A stretch of 64,000 bases of DNA from Mobula hypostoma (Eukaryota). The notes beneath the pieces were generated by a model. The model had not been told where the DNA came from. It did not search any database and saw only the letters and a list, made by a program, of their open reading frames with translations. Shown here one piece after another: positions 12,560-25,873 of the stretch (position 1 is its first letter; the number at the start of each line of letters is the position of its first letter). The translations under genes were made by a program, and so were the position numbers. The stretch covers positions 186,001-250,000 of the forward strand of contig NW_026948140.1 of assembly GCF_963921235.1 (NCBI RefSeq), in the 5' to 3' direction.

Positions 12560-13218
12560 CAAATACAGGACTGAAGGTGTTGCATTTGAATGTATGCAGT
12601 GTATGGAATAAGGTAGATGAACTTGTAGAACTTTTACAAATGGGCATGTATGATGTTGTAGGCATCACTGAATCATGGCTGAAAGAAAATAATATCCAGG
12701 AGCTTAACATCCAAGGATACACATTGTATTGAAAAGACAGGCAGGTAGGCAGAGGGGGTTGCGTGGCTTTGTTAGAGAAAAATGAAGTCAAATCATCAGG
12801 AAGAGGTGACACAGCATCAGAAGGTATTGAATCACTGTGGGTAGAGCTAAGGAACTGCAGGGGTAAAAAGACCCTGATAAGAGTATTATACAGGCCCCAA
12901 ACAGCAGTAAGGATGTGGTCTACAAATTACAATGAGACACAGAAAATGCATGCCAAAAGGGCAATCTTACAATAGTCACTGGAGACTTCAATATGCAGGT
13001 ACATTGGGAAAATCAGGTTGGTGCTGGAACACAAGAGCGGGAATTTCTAGAGTGCCTATGAGATGGCTTTTTAGAGCAGCTCCTGGTTAAGGCCACTAGG
13101 GAATCAACTATTCTGGATAGGCTGCTGTGCAATGAACCACAATTTATAAGATAGCTGAAGGTAAAAGAACTCTAAGGATAAGTGATCATAATATGATAGT
13201 ATTCACCCTGAAGTTTGA

Positions 13219-13990
13219 GAAGGCCACACTTCACCTGTCAGTCGGCTGGGGTGATATACTGTGTCTGGTGCTCCCAGTACAGCCTTCTATATCTTGACGA
13301 GACCCGATGCAGGCTGGGAGACCATTTTGCTGAACACCTATGCTCTGTCCGCCAAAGAAAGCAGGATCTCTCAGTGGCCACACATTTTAATTCCACATCC
13401 CATTCCCATTCTGATATGTCTATCCACGGCCTCCTCTACTGTAAAGATGAAGTCACACGTGGGTTTGAGGAACAACAGCTTATATTCTGTCTGGATAGAC
13501 TCCAACCTGATGGCATGAATATTGACTTCTCTAACTTCCATTAATATCCCTCCTTCCCTTCACACCCTATCCCTTATTTATTTATTTAATTTATTTTTTA
13601 ATATAGTTTTATTTGTTTCGCCTTTGTTTTCACTCTCTCTTTTTTCTCTCTTTGTCCCTCTCACTATAACTCCTTGCCTGCTCTCCACCCTCTGGGCTCC
13701 CCTCCCCTGTTCTCTTTTTTCCCTGGCTTCCTGTCCCATGATCCTCTCCTTTCTCCAGGTCTTAGATCCACCCCTCCCCTCCTGTCTTCTCCTATCATTT
13801 TGGATCTCCCCCTCCCCCTCACACTTTCAAATCTCTTACTACCTCTTCTTTCAGTTAGACCTGACGAAGGGTCCTGGCCTGAAACGTCGACTGTACCTCT
13901 TCCTGTCGATGCTGCCTGGCCTGCTGCGTTCACCAGTATTTTTTGTATGTGTTGCTTGAATTTCCAGTATCTGCAGATTTCCTCGTGTCT
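13219..13990 (+). mobile_element. Penelope-like element 3' part (GIY-YIG endonuclease remnant + pseudo-LTR)
   Basis: FTCQSAGVIYCVWCSQYSLLYLDETRCRL..FAEH..PDGMN, followed by a pyrimidine-rich tract and a hammerhead motif. Confidence 0.9.
13852..13893 (+). ncRNA. Minimal type-I hammerhead ribozyme motif (stem I weakened)
   Basis: CTGACGA-AGG..CCT-GAAAC-GTC-GACTG. The 5' stem I arm is AGAC here versus AGTC in the 29916 copy. Confidence 0.7.
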
Positions 13991-14699
13991 GCGTAAGTAA
14001 ATTATTAAGAAGGTAAAGATGGAATTCTATAAAAGCTAGCCAATAATATTAAAGAGGATACCAAAAGTTTCTTCAGATAAATAATGTGTAAAAGAGAGGT
14101 GACAGTGAATATCGGACTGCTGGAAAACATTGTTGGAGAGTTAGTAATGGGAGACAACAAAATGGCAGATGAACTGAATAAGTATTTTACATCAGTCTTC
14201 ACTGTGGAAGGTAGTAGCAGTATAGTGGAAATCCAGATGTCGGGGCGTGAAGTGTGTGAAGTTACCATAACTAAAGAGAAGGTTCTTGGGAAATTGAAAA
14301 ATATAAATGTAGATAAGTTATATGGACCAGACGGTGTACACCCCAGAGATCTGAAAGGTAGCTGAAGAGATCATGGAGGCATTAGTAATGATCTTTCAAG
14401 AATCACTAGATTCTGGAAAGGCTCTGAAAGACTGGAAAAGTGCAAATATCACTCCACTCTGATGGAATTGTTTGAAGAAATAACAGGAGAATTGGTTGAG
14501 GTTGTATATTTGGATTTTCAGAAGGTCTTTGACAAGCTGCCACACACAAGGCTGTTTAACAAGCTATGAGCCCATGGTATTACAGGAAAGATTCTAGAAT
14601 GGATAAAGCAGTGGCTACAGAAGGAATTAGACAGATTAAGAAAGTGGTGCAGCCAATTGGTTTTAGAAGTCACAGGATAAATAAAATGGTGATCACCAT

Positions 14700-15216
14700 G
14701 TGGAGTCAAGGTGTTTCAATTGATTATAGTAAAAATACACCTAAGCCTAATCCTTTGACTGCCCTATTTGGTATTATTGGAAGTAAAGATATCATTTTGA
14801 AGACATCTGATTTGCACATTCTGGCTTTTATCTCTCTTATGGCTAGGAGGACGCTTTTGTTGAAACGGACGCTGTCTTAAAATTATTTTCATAATCTTTG
14901 ATTTCTCATTAAAGTACAGAAGCTGGTTAATAGCGTATTTTATTATCAGATAAGGTTTTTTCCCTTTTTTTTTCTTTACCAAACAGCTTCGACTTTGGTA
15001 GTGGGTATAGATTTTTTAGATAAAATTGTTTATATTCTAACATATGGATTAATCTAATCTATACAAATATAGGGTAAGGAGTTCATTAATACGATTCATT
15101 ATAATATATCTGGTATTATTATATTTTTTCTTTTGTTTTATAATATGTATTTTCTTGGACTCTGTATTCTTCTATGTAGAAGTTAATAAAAATATTGAAA
15201 AGAAAGAAAAAAAGAA
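14700..15216 (+). mobile_element. L1 3' fragment
   Basis: PNPLTALFGI..AFISLMARRTLLLK, AT-rich 3' UTR, AATAAA and an A-rich tail. Confidence 0.75.
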
Positions 15217-16501
15217 ATTGCACCTGTATCTGGAAGGTCCAACTGCTGGTGAGTCAGTATCCTGGCAAAAACTACACCATGAAGACAAAAGAGCACTCCA
15301 AGCAACTCCGCGTCGAGGTTATTGAAAAGCATGAGTCAGGAGATGGATACAAGAACATTTCCAAGTCACTGAATATCCATTGGAGAACAGTTGTCAATCA
15401 TCAAGAAATGGAAAGAACGTGGCACAGGTGTAAATCTGCCTGGAGCAGTACGTCCTCAAAAACAGAATGACTGTGCAAGAAGGGGACTAGTGGGGGAGGC
15501 CACCAAGAGACCTGTGACAACTGGAGGAGTCACAAGCTTCAGTGGCTGAAGTGGAAGAGATTGCACATACAACAACCATTGCCTGGGTGCTTCAATCAGT
15601 CACAGCTTTATGGGAGAGTGGCAAAAAGAAAATCACTGTTGAAAGAAAACTCACATGAAATCTCAGTTTGCCAGAAGGCATGTGGGAGACTCTGAAGTCA
15701 GCTGATAGAAAGTTCTCTGATCTGATGAAACCAAACTTAAGTTTTTCAGCCATCAGAATAAACGCTGTGTTTGGCGAAACGAAACACTGCACATTATCAG
15801 AAACACACCATCCCTACTGTGAAGCATGGTGGTGTCTGCATCATGCAGTGGGGATGATTCACTGCAGCAGGCCCTGGGAGGCTTGTGAAGGTAGAGGGTA
15901 AAACGAATGCAGCAAAATACAGGGAACTCTGGAGGAAACCTGATGCAGTCTGCAAGAGAACTGCGACTTGGGAGAAGATTTGTTTCACATCTAGACAATG
16001 AGGCCAAGCATAAAGCCAAAGCCACACAGGAATGGCTTAAAGAAAACAAAGTTAACATACTGAAGTGGCCAAGTCAGAGTACAGACCTCATTCCAATTGA
16101 GAATTTGTGGCTACACTTGAAAAAGGTTACTCACTCATGATCCCTATGCAATCTAACAGTCCTTGAGCAGTTTTGTAAAGAAGAATGGGGGAGAAATTGC
16201 AGTCCAAATGTGTAAAACTGATAGAGACCTATCCACACGGACTCAAGGCTCTAATGGCTCTCAAAGGTACATCTAGTAAATACTGACTTGAAGGGGGTGA
16301 GTAATTAAGCAATAAATTATTTTGTGTCTAATAATTGTTATGTATTTAGACCAATTTGTAGTATTTTTTCACTGTGATGCAAGAGTCATTTCTGTTGATC
16401 AGTGTCAAAAAACCCAAATTAAATCCACTGTGATTCAATGCTGTAAAGCAATAATACACAAAAGCTTCCAAGGGGGGTGAATACTTTTTATAGGCACTGT
16501 A
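15217..16501 (+). mobile_element. Tc1-like DNA transposon, left end missing, transposase frameshifted
   Basis: MKTKEHSKQLR..GDGYKNISKSL (paired-like HTH), SDETK, DNEAKH and WPSQSTDLIPIENLW. Right TIR ends CACTG-TA. Inner and outer repeats AAGGGGGTGA at ~16291 and ~16470 (IR/DR type). Confidence 0.92.
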
Positions 16502-16951
16502 TATTTAAGGCAGAGATTGATAGATTCTTGATTGGTCAAGGTATGGAGGGGTATACGGAGAAGGCAGGAGATTGGGGCTGACAGGAAAATTGGATCAGCC
16601 ATAATGAAATGGCAGAGCAGACTCGATGGCCTAAATGGCCTAACTCTGCTCCTATATCTCATGATCTTATGCATGAAGACATCCAAGTCCATTTGTACCT
16701 CTGATCTTTGAATTTTCTTTTGATTTAGAAAATAGTCTACCCTTTTATTTCTTCTACCAAAGTGCAAGACCATACACTTCTTGACACTGTATTCCATCTG
16801 CCATTTCTTTGCCCATTCTCCTAATCTGTCTAAGACCATCTGTATCTTCTCTACTTCATCAAAACTTCCATCCCCTCCACCTATCTTCATATCATCCATA
16901 AACTTTGCAACAAAGCCATCAATTCCGTCATCAAAGTCATTGGCAAACAAG
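16502..16951. mobile_element. CR1 3' fragment (+, to ~16668) and CR1 RT fragment (-) that hosts the provirus; the latter continues at 25916-25942
   Basis: On the minus strand, GLLLFIL (right flank) joins FANDFDDGIDGFVAKFMDD (left flank). Confidence 0.8.
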
Positions 16952-17098
16952 TGTCACATACCCCATGACGGGTTAAAGAACCAGCAGAAATGGAAAATAC
17001 CTTAGAGTCTGGTATTGCTATTAACTAATAGTATTTATTAGTAACTACGCAATACAGTAATATAAATGCAGATATATCAAACAGGTTAGCAATGATTT

Positions 17099-17135
<37 letters not shown>

Positions 17136-17820
17136 ACGTGTGTGTGTGTATATGTGTGGAAATATAGTAACCAAGCTTCTTCAAGCCTAGGGGTAAATGG
17201 ATACAGTCTTACAGAGATGAGTAAAGTTCAGTTCAGTTTGTGGTATTGAGTTGTGTAGTAATGGAGAGAGAGAGGTGTTTGGTTCTTCAGGTGAGCTGAT
17301 GCCGTTGATCTTCCCGTTGTCCTCCGAAATCCTTTAGAAGTCACCGAATGTGACCACAACAAAGGGGACCGTTCTTCTGTGGTGGAATTATCAACCCAAG
17401 CAAGGGTTGGACATATGAATAACTCCCCACCAGTCACACCTTTTCCATACTGTGAGAGCCACTGATCAATTCTCTTGATCGATCCTCCAAAAACCCACCC
17501 TTTCTGTGGGCACATTGAAGCTCATCCAGTGTCCAAAATCATGTGTCTGTGAGTCTATCATCTGACCTTCTATTTATCTCACCATGCTGATCACCAGCTG
17601 ACCATCAAGTAGCTCCTACCTTCTCTCTCTGTAAGAACTTAGAAGCTGACAGTGTCCTTGCAGAAGTGTAAACATGCTGCAGAGAAACCATAGCACCATC
17701 TCCAAGCAATCTTCGCTCCTCTCTCTCTCTTAATAACAAGGTGTCTGTGTTGGACACCTCTCTCTCTCTCTTTCTCTTTTAAAAGCACAGTTCATAGGGA
17801 TAATTCAGGATCCCATCACA
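16952..17820 (-). repeat. 3' LTR of the provirus
   Basis: TGTCA...TCACA. Direct repeat of 25119-25915. Confidence 0.95.
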
Positions 17821-17833
17821 CCCCCTTCCTTTT
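17821..17833 (-). promoter_or_regulatory. Polypurine tract
   Basis: AAAAGGAAGGGGG on the minus strand, immediately abutting the 3' LTR. Confidence 0.9.
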
Positions 17834-17947
17834 AGAAAAAACATTTTGACGAAGGGAAAATTTTGACTTTAACTGTAGATTACAAAGTTCAAAACAATAC
17901 ATGTATAATCATCAGATAACAGAGCAAAAATGTGTATAATTTCTAAC

Positions 17948-19262
17948 TTAACATCTGGATAAACAATCAGCTATAATGTTGTCAGTACCTTTTATATGTT
18001 TTATTTTCAGGTCATATTCTTGCAATATCAGACTCCAGTTTAATAACTTTCTGTTCTTATCCTTCATCTTAGTTAGAAACACTAACGGATTATGGTCCGT
18101 GTAAACCACAAGTGGTTTCTGGGCAGGACACAGATAGACTTCAAAAAGTTGTAAAGCCAGAATAAGTGATAGCAACTCCTTTTCAAAAGAGGAATAATTT
18201 TTCTGGTGCACATTAAATTTCTTTGAGAAATAAGCTACTGTCATCCACAGTGTCATCCACGCCCTTCTGTAACAGTATTGCCCCAGCAGCTTCGTCACTA
18301 GCATCTGTCACTATAGCAAATGGCTTGGTAAAATCAGGTGCTTTGAGCACAGGATGATAACACAGGATGGTTTTCAGACATTCAAATGCCTCCTGGCAAA
18401 GGTCATTCCATACAAATCTTTTACTCTTCCCTAGGAATTTTTTTAGGGGAGAGCGATATCTGCAAAGCTCTTACAAAAGTTTTGGTAATACCCCACCATT
18501 CCCAAAAACCTTCTTAAAGCTTTCCTGCCAGTTGGAACGGGAACCTCAACAATAGCTTGAACCTTGGCCTGTACAGGAGCCTGTTGGCCCTGGCCTATTA
18601 CATAGCCCAAATATGTAACTGTAGCATGGCCAAACTCACTTTTAGTGAGGTTCACAGTAAGATTGGTCTTGGACAGCCTTTCAAACAGTTTTTCTACAGC
18701 CGCAATATGCTCTTCCCACGTGTCACTCCATACAACCAGATCATCAATATAAGCCCCTGTGTTTTCTAAACCTGTAATCACAGAATTGATCATTCTTTGA
18801 AATGTCCCTGGAGCACAGCCCAGCACGTGTGACAAACGCTGAGATTTCTCTGGCCCTTTCAGTCAAAGGAACAGACCAAAATCCTTTTAGCAAATCAATT
18901 TTTGTGAGGTTCTTAGCCTTTCCCACTTTATCAATACAGTCATCCACTCTCGGGATAGGATAAGCATCTGTCTTGGTTATTGCATTGATTTTCCTGTAGT
19001 CAGTACAGAATCTCATGTTACCGTCTGGTTTAGGCACAAGAACGCAGGACGCTGCCCTGTCTGAGGTAGATTTCCTAATAATATCAGTTGCTAGCATGTA
19101 GCCAATTTCTTTTTCAACCATTTTGCTTTTGTCTAAGTTCATTCTGTAAGAATGCTGTTTAATGGGTTGGGCTGAATTTACAATGACGTCATGCACTGCA
19201 GCTGTGCACCCCCTTGGAATTTCCAGAAATAAATCTTTATGCCTGCTAATTAATTCTTTCAA
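17948..19262 (-). pseudogene. Provirus RT and RNase H (frameshifted)
   Basis: RFCTDYRKIN, YPIPRVDD, IDLLKGFW, AYIDDLVV, FLGMVGYY, YSSFEKELL, TDHNPL and ADCLSR* at the end of pol. Confidence 0.95.
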
Positions 19263-19299
19263 TTGTTTTCTCTGTGCAGGCTACAGATGACAGACTTTA

Positions 19300-20301
19300 A
19301 GTACCAAGTAGCAAGTTTCGTTTATTGTCATTTAGAAATGCATGCATTAAAAAATGATACAACGTTCCTCCAGAATGATATCACAAGAAAACGCAGGACA
19401 AACCAAGACTAAAACTGACAAAATCACATAATTATAACATATAGTTACAACAGTGCAAAGTAATACTATAATTTGATAAAGAGCAGACCATGGGCACGGT
19501 AAAAAAAAAGTCTCGAAGTCCCGATAGACTCATCATCCCATGCAGGCGGCAGAAGGGAGGAACTCTGCTCGCCATGAACCTCCAAGCGCCGACAATATAG
19601 CGGGAGGAGAGAAAGCAGTGCACTGCGCGTGCGTAGCCCTCCAATGAAAAATGATATCATATCCGTTAATTAGGGGCCGAGGACAATTTTGATTTGATAG
19701 AGGGGGACGTGAAAGCACAGAGGAACATCTTGAGAAATTTCTGAAACACTCATTTGCTGCTGTTGTTACTGCACGGTCGGGAATCTTCCGGAGGTTAGGC
19801 CTCAAAATCCCCAGCTTTGCCTACTGTTGGCGACCGAGATTGAGGTCGAATTGTTCGGACAGAGATGGTGCTCAGTACTCAGTGTCGGAGATTTGATTTT
19901 GAGGCTTGAAGTTTTCGGATGACTCAGAGAGGGATTGTGGTCAGGCATGGCAGGGAAAGTTTTTCTTCCTTCTCCCGTCTGCATGAGATGTGGGACATTT
20001 GAGAGACTTTGAACTTTTACTGTGCTCATGGACTTCTTCATCAAGTTATGGTATTGTTGCACTGTTGTAACTATATGTTATGTGGTTTTGTCAGTTTTTT
20101 CAACCAGATTTGAGAATTTCAGTCTTGGTCTGGCCTGTGTTTTGTGATATCACACCAGAGGAAATATTGTATCATTTCTTAATGCATGCATTACTAAATG
20201 ACAATAAAAGAGGACTGCGTGTCTTCATAATCATAACTCACCGATGCAGCATCATTGGAAGCACCCGACTGCAGCAGACTCTGAGTCCGTCCGAAAACTT
20301 C
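19300..20301. mobile_element. Two nested copies of a ~600-bp non-autonomous retroelement (minus-strand host; plus-strand insert ~19596-20236)
   Basis: Both copies align to 22075-22655 and 34996-35632. The host breaks at ..GCGCCGACAA| and resumes at |CTCACCGATGCAGC. Confidence 0.75.
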
Positions 20302-20388
20302 AGTAAGATCTGTCAAAATATTAGAATTCTCAAATCTGGTTGATATGATATTCAGCTTGTTAAAGTGATCTTGCACCTCATTACCACA

Positions 20389-21560
20389 TTACACAACCCC
20401 ATTTGTTTTCATAACAGTATTTACTGGTACCATCTCAGAGTCATAATAAGGCTTCACCATATTTACATGCACTAATTGAGTAGCCTTCCTTCTGTCAGTA
20501 GTTTTAATAACATAATTCAAAGAATCAATTTTCTTAATTATTTCGTATGGTTCATGAAATTGTGCTTGGAGGGGGTTGCTCACCAGGGGGAACAGAACCA
20601 GAACTTTATCTCCAACTTCAAACACCTGTTCCCTCGCTCTTCTATCATACCAATGTTTCATTTTAGTTTGGGAGTTTTGCAAATTCTGTTTTGCAAGGTC
20701 ACAAGCCTTGTTAAGACTTTCCCATAATTTCAAAACATAATCTAACACACTGACACACACTTTTGGGTTAGACCACTGCTCTTTGAGCAAGGTCAAAGAT
20801 CCTTTGGGCCTATGGTCAAAAATGAGCTCAAATGGACTAAACCCCAGGGATTCTTGAATGATGTCTCTCATGGCAAAAAGTAATAAATGTATCCCTTCAT
20901 CCCAGTCCCTGTCATTCTCTCATGACAGTAGGTTTTAATCATGGTCTTTAAAGTGGAATGAAACTGCTCCAAAGCCCCTTGAGACTCTGGGTGGTAGGCA
21001 GATGACACAATTTGTTTAACCCCCAGCTCAGAAACAATGTGCTGGAATGTTCCTGAAGTAAAGTTACTACCCTGGTCAGATTGAATTTCCTTAGGCACAC
21101 CTACCAGTGTGAAAAACTTGATGAGTGCCTTTACCACAGTCTTGGCCTGGATGTTTCTGAGAGGCACGGCTTCAGGGAACCTAGATACAGCACACATAAT
21201 TGTTAACAAGTACTGACGACCAGCTGCAGTCTTTGGCAACAGGCCTACACAATCCACAATGACCCTGGAAAATGGTTCACCAAAAGCAGATATTGGCCGA
21301 AGTGGTGCTTTTGGGATGGCCTGATAAGTTTTCCCACTACCTGGCATGTATGAGACCCTCTGCAGTAATTGACAATACCTTTCCTCACGTTAGGCCAATA
21401 AAATTCCCTCATAATCCTGTGCACTGTCTTCTTTACTCCAAAATGTCCACCTAAAGGCATCTTGTGGGCCAGGTTTAAAATTTCAGCCCTGTAAACCTTT
21501 GGAACCACTACCTGAATCACAATAGCCCAATCCTCACTTGCAGGCAAAAGTGGCTGGTCT
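20389..21560 (-). pseudogene. Provirus integrase (frameshifted), upstream of RT
   Basis: AH..GGHFG..C..CQ zinc finger, VDCVG, IQSDQGSNF, YHPESQGALE and GFSPFEL. Confidence 0.93.
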
Positions 21561-22074
21561 CCACTTCCTCATTAACACCCCATCTTTAAGGTAATATCCC
21601 ACTGTCTCTTTCCGAATTTCATCCTCAGAGAGAGCTGTCTCTTCTGAAGCCACAATTTCAGGATCTTCATTTTGCACCTCTATAAATTCCTTCCTCGATA
21701 AGGACAAGTCTTTCCCTTCCTCCTTACTCTCCTCAGCCTTACTACCCTCTAGGTCCTGTTGGTATAGGGATGGTAGGAAAGTCTCGGATAAATCAACATT
21801 AGCATCAGCAGACTTTTTTGACATGTTTCTAGTTACCACGAAGGCAGGATACACATCAGCATCTATGGGCAGGTCCTCAGCAGCAGCAGGCTTACTCATT
21901 AGTTGAACTGCTGGGTAAACATCCCTACCTGCAGGGTCATTACCAAGCAAAACATCAACATTGTCTATCGGTAGTTCAGATCGTACACCTATTGTGACTG
22001 CTCTGGATACCAAGTCGCATTTCAAAACTATCTTATGCAAAGGCACGGCCTCAGTCCCCTTTCCAACACCTTTT

Positions 22075-22655
22075 CGATTAGATTAGATTAGGAGGACACG
22101 CAGTCCTCTTTTATTGTCGTTTAGTAATGCATGGATTAAGAAATGACACAGTATTCCTCCAGTGTGATTTCACAGAAACACAGAACAGACCAAGACTGAA
22201 AAACTGACAAAAACCACATAATTATAACATATAGTTACAACAGTGCAAGCAATATCATAACTTGATGAAAAACAGGCCATGGGCATGGTAAAAAAAAGTT
22301 CAATGTCTCTCGAAAGTCCCACATCTCACGCAGACGGGAGAAGGGAAAAAACTCTCCCTGCCATGCCCGACCACAGTCCGACTCTGAATCATCCGAAAAC
22401 TTCGAGCCTCCCATCAGCCCTCCGACACCGAGTACCGAGCACCATCTCTGCCGAACACTTCGATCCCAGCCCCAGCCGCCAGCAGTAGGCAAAGCCGAGG
22501 ATTTTGGGGCCTTCCCTCCGGAGGTTCTCGATCACACAGTAGCAGCGGCAGCGAACCGGGCATTTCAGAAATTTCTCCAGGTGTTCCTCTGTGCTTCTCA
22601 CGGCTGTCTCCATCTAATCAGAATTGTGCATGGTACCCTATTTAACAAATACGAT
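22075..22655 (-). mobile_element. Non-autonomous ~600-bp retroelement with a (CTAAT)n tail, inserted in the protease region
   Basis: GATTA repeats at the left end. Homologous to 34996-35632. The Gypsy frame rejoins (VNIIK|GVGKG). Confidence 0.8.
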
Positions 22656-22928
22656 AACACATCATTTTATAATATTCACTTCACCAGTCTCCGTCTCAGC
22701 ACCAAATTCCAAAACACTCTTTACTATTAGTGACTGAAAAGCCCCAGTATCTCGTCAGATTCTCACTGGAACAGGGGTTGACCGCTCCTTCACAGACACA
22801 AACCCATTTGAAACAAATCTCTCGAGTCCCTTTTGAACTCGGTCAGACCCCTCCTTCTTCAGCAGCCTTTCAACCAGCTGAACACAAGCATTTGGGGTTG
22901 TCGCCTATTCTTTTATCTTATTCCTTTT

Positions 22929-25000
22929 TTAAGCAAAACAATTTGATGCCACGTGACCGGGCTTCTTATAATAGTAACACGTTAAACTGGGAAATTTTCC
23001 CCCCGACTGCTTTCCTTCCTCCTTACCTTTGTCACTAGTCCCCGGCTTACTTTCCAGTTTAGCCGATGGGTTATCTCTAGTACCCTTTTGGTAACTCCTG
23101 TTTGGGAAAAACCTAACCTTATAAGTTAAGGTATTCTCGTCTGCTAATCTAGCAGACTCTGACAGTGTCTCTGCCTTTTTCTCATCTAAGTACGTCCTTA
23201 TACCATCAGGGACGCAACCTTTAAACTGTTCAATCAATATCAACTCCTTCAGGTTATCAATATTCTCACTTGCCCCTCTCAAGGTACACCAACGATCAAG
23301 GCACATCTGCATCTCACGGGCAATCTCTAGATACGCGCGGTCCCAAGGCTTCCTCAAATTTCGGAAACTTTGCCTGTACACCTCCGGACCCAACTCATAA
23401 ACCTTAAGTACAGCACCTTTCACTCTATCATGATCATTTGCATCCGCAACAGACAACGCCAAATACGCTCGTTGAGCCTTTACCTTAGTCACACTTTGTA
23501 ACAGGACAGCCCACAGATCTCTCGGCCAGTTCTGACTTATGGCCACTTTTTCAAAATGTAGGAAATACCTATCGACTTCTAATTCCTCAAATGGAGGTAC
23601 CAACTTAATTTCTTGACTGATATTAAACAGTGCCGCCTGTCCATTACCATGGCATGACACTTGACCTCCTTGCTGCAATATCTCCCTCTCAAACACTCTC
23701 CCTCGTTCTGCCTCCTCTCTCTGTTTGTTTGCCTCTCTAGCCTCATGAACCCTCTGCTTTTCTGCTTCCTCAGCCTCGAGCTGTTTTAATTGCAATTCAT
23801 GCTCCATCTTTAATTTTGCTGACTGAACCTTAGCCTCAGTAAGTACCTTTCCTCCAGCGAATAACTCTAACACTGTCATGGTCCGGTCTATGAAGTCCAC
23901 ATTCCGGTTCGTGGTCCGGTCCATGACCCTTGTTCCAGATTTTCCTGTTTACCCCATTTCTGTTGAGCACTCTAATTGAGCCACATGATTTTAGTTTGGG
24001 CAGTCTCATAAATACCTCCAGACACCAGGGCTTGGTTGCTGGATTGTTCCTGTCTGAATCCCTTCCCTTGCTTCTTTTGCTTTGTCTTGCTTCGCTTCGC
24101 CTGTGACCCTTGCTTGCACCTTGTCAGTCTTGCCTTGGAGCAACCCACCGGTGGAAGGCTAGTGCAGTCTTCGAGATATGGATTTGGCTGTTCCATAGCC
24201 TGCTGAGGTTACCGGCCGCCTTGAACCTTGGAGCCACACCAGACCCAACTCCCTTCCTGTCCCTTGCCTCTGTTGGGTAAGCCAGGCCATCTGCCGCTAC
24301 CCTGCGGTTGGTTCTGTCCCTCCCTGTCCTTGCCTCTGTTGGGTTAGAGTCCTGTGTCCTGCCCAGGAGTCCCACGTCCTGCTCAGAAGTTGCCTCGAAG
24401 TACCCTTTCCCCATCACGTCCTCGTCTGGCCTTCAAGACTCAAGACCCCAGCCTCAAGCCTCGAGACCAAGACCCCAGCCTACAGCCCTAAGCCTCTAGA
24501 CCCCAGCCATTTCCTGTCCCATAGTCATGTCATGTCCTTGCCTGATTCTGGGGCCCGAGCCCGAGGCAAGACCCAGGTTCTGGGTTCTTGTCCAGTCTCT
24601 GGCTTGGAGCCCAAGCCCAGGCTCCTAGTGCATAGTTCCCTGTCCAGGTTCCCTGTCCTGTCCATGTCCTAGCTCAAGTCTGCATTCTTGTTCCTGCTCC
24701 TGGTCTGAATCCTGTCACGTCCCTACTCTAGTCACGTCCTGTTCCTTGTACTTCAGTGTCTGTGTCTTGCACTTGGATCCGCTACAATGCCCCCATTGTG
24801 ACAAACACCTCCTCTTCAAACTTTCCCTTAGCTATATAATGCTGGGCTTTTGCCCTCTGCATCCGAGTTTTTCTCATTTTTGTGGTCACCTTTAGTCTTA
24901 ACTTTTGTGCAATTGCCAACAGAGCATCCCTTTTAGCATCATCCAGTGCCTCAGGGGTTGGTTCTACCACAAACTTATTAACCTCAAACTCCATTTCTGC
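22929..25000 (-). pseudogene. Provirus gag with SCAN-like capsid C-terminal domain and degenerate zinc knuckle, split by a solo LTR
   Basis: LKELILIEQFKGCVPDGIRTYLDEKKAETLSESARLADE and CYYYKKPGHVASNC. The frame rejoins (EEV|LEL) across 23874-24803. Confidence 0.88.
23874..24803 (+). mobile_element. Solo LTR (5-bp TSD family) inserted in gag
   Basis: TGTCATGGTCC...TTGTGACA. TSD AACAC at 23869-23873 and 24804-24808. Confidence 0.92.
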
Positions 25001-25096
25001 TGACATTCCACACAAGCAAATCAAAAGGGATTTTCCCCAATCAATTCAAACAAGCCCCCACACAATCTTTAGAATGGCTCCCACCAATTTGTTCAT

Positions 25097-25114
25097 ATCC
25101 CGGACGAGCCCCCA
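25097..25114 (-). promoter_or_regulatory. Primer-binding site, tRNA-Pro
   Basis: TGGGGGCTCGTCCGGGAT on the minus strand, 4 nt inside the 5' LTR. It is the complement of the tRNA-Pro 3' end. Confidence 0.95.
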
Positions 25115-25118
25115 ATTT

Positions 25119-25822
25119 TGTCATGTACCCCGTGACAGGTTAAAGAACCAGCAGAAATAGAAAACACCTTAGAGTCTGGTATTGCTATTAACTAATGGTA
25201 TTTATTAGTAACTATGCAATACAGTAATATAAATGCAGATATATCAAACGGGTTAGCAATGATAATATATATACAAGTGTGGAAATATAGAACCAAGCTT
25301 CTTCAAGCCTAGGGGTAAATGGATACAGTCTTACAGAGATGAGTAAAGTTTAGTTCAGTTCATGGTATTGAGTTGAGTAGTGATGGAGAGAGAGAGAGGT
25401 GTTTGGTTCTTCAGGTGAGCTGATGCCATCGATCTTCCCATTGTCCTCCGAAATCCTTTGGAAGTCACCAAATGTGACCACAACAAAGGGGACCGTTCTT
25501 CTGTGGTGGAACACGTTTTCCACACTGCGAGAGCCACTGATAAATTCTTCTGAGCGATCCTCCAAAAACCCACCTTTCTGTGGGCACAACAAAACACATC
25601 CCGTGTCCAAAATCATGTGTCTGTGAGCCTATCATCTGACCTATTTATCTCACCATGCTGAACACCAGCTGTCCATCAAACAGCTCATCCCTTCTCTCTC
25701 TGTAAGAACTTAGAAGCTGCCAATGTCCATGCAGAAGTGTAAACATGCTGCAGAGAAACTATAACACCATTTCCAAGCAGTCTTCGCCTCTCTCTCTTAA
25801 TAACAAAGTGTCTGTGTTGGAC

Positions 25823-25873
<51 letters not shown>

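Larger units (their letters stand above)
11850..14645 (+). mobile_element. Degenerate CR1 (ORF1 end, endonuclease, RT pieces) split by Rex1 and Penelope insertions
   Basis: GITESWL, LWVELRN, NKYFTSVFT and YLDFQK motifs, with deletions. Confidence 0.85.

Noticed and set aside
25097..25114. Endogenous gammaretrovirus suggested by the PBS-Pro
   Set aside because: The RT and IN motifs are Gypsy-type, IN precedes RT, and there is no env.
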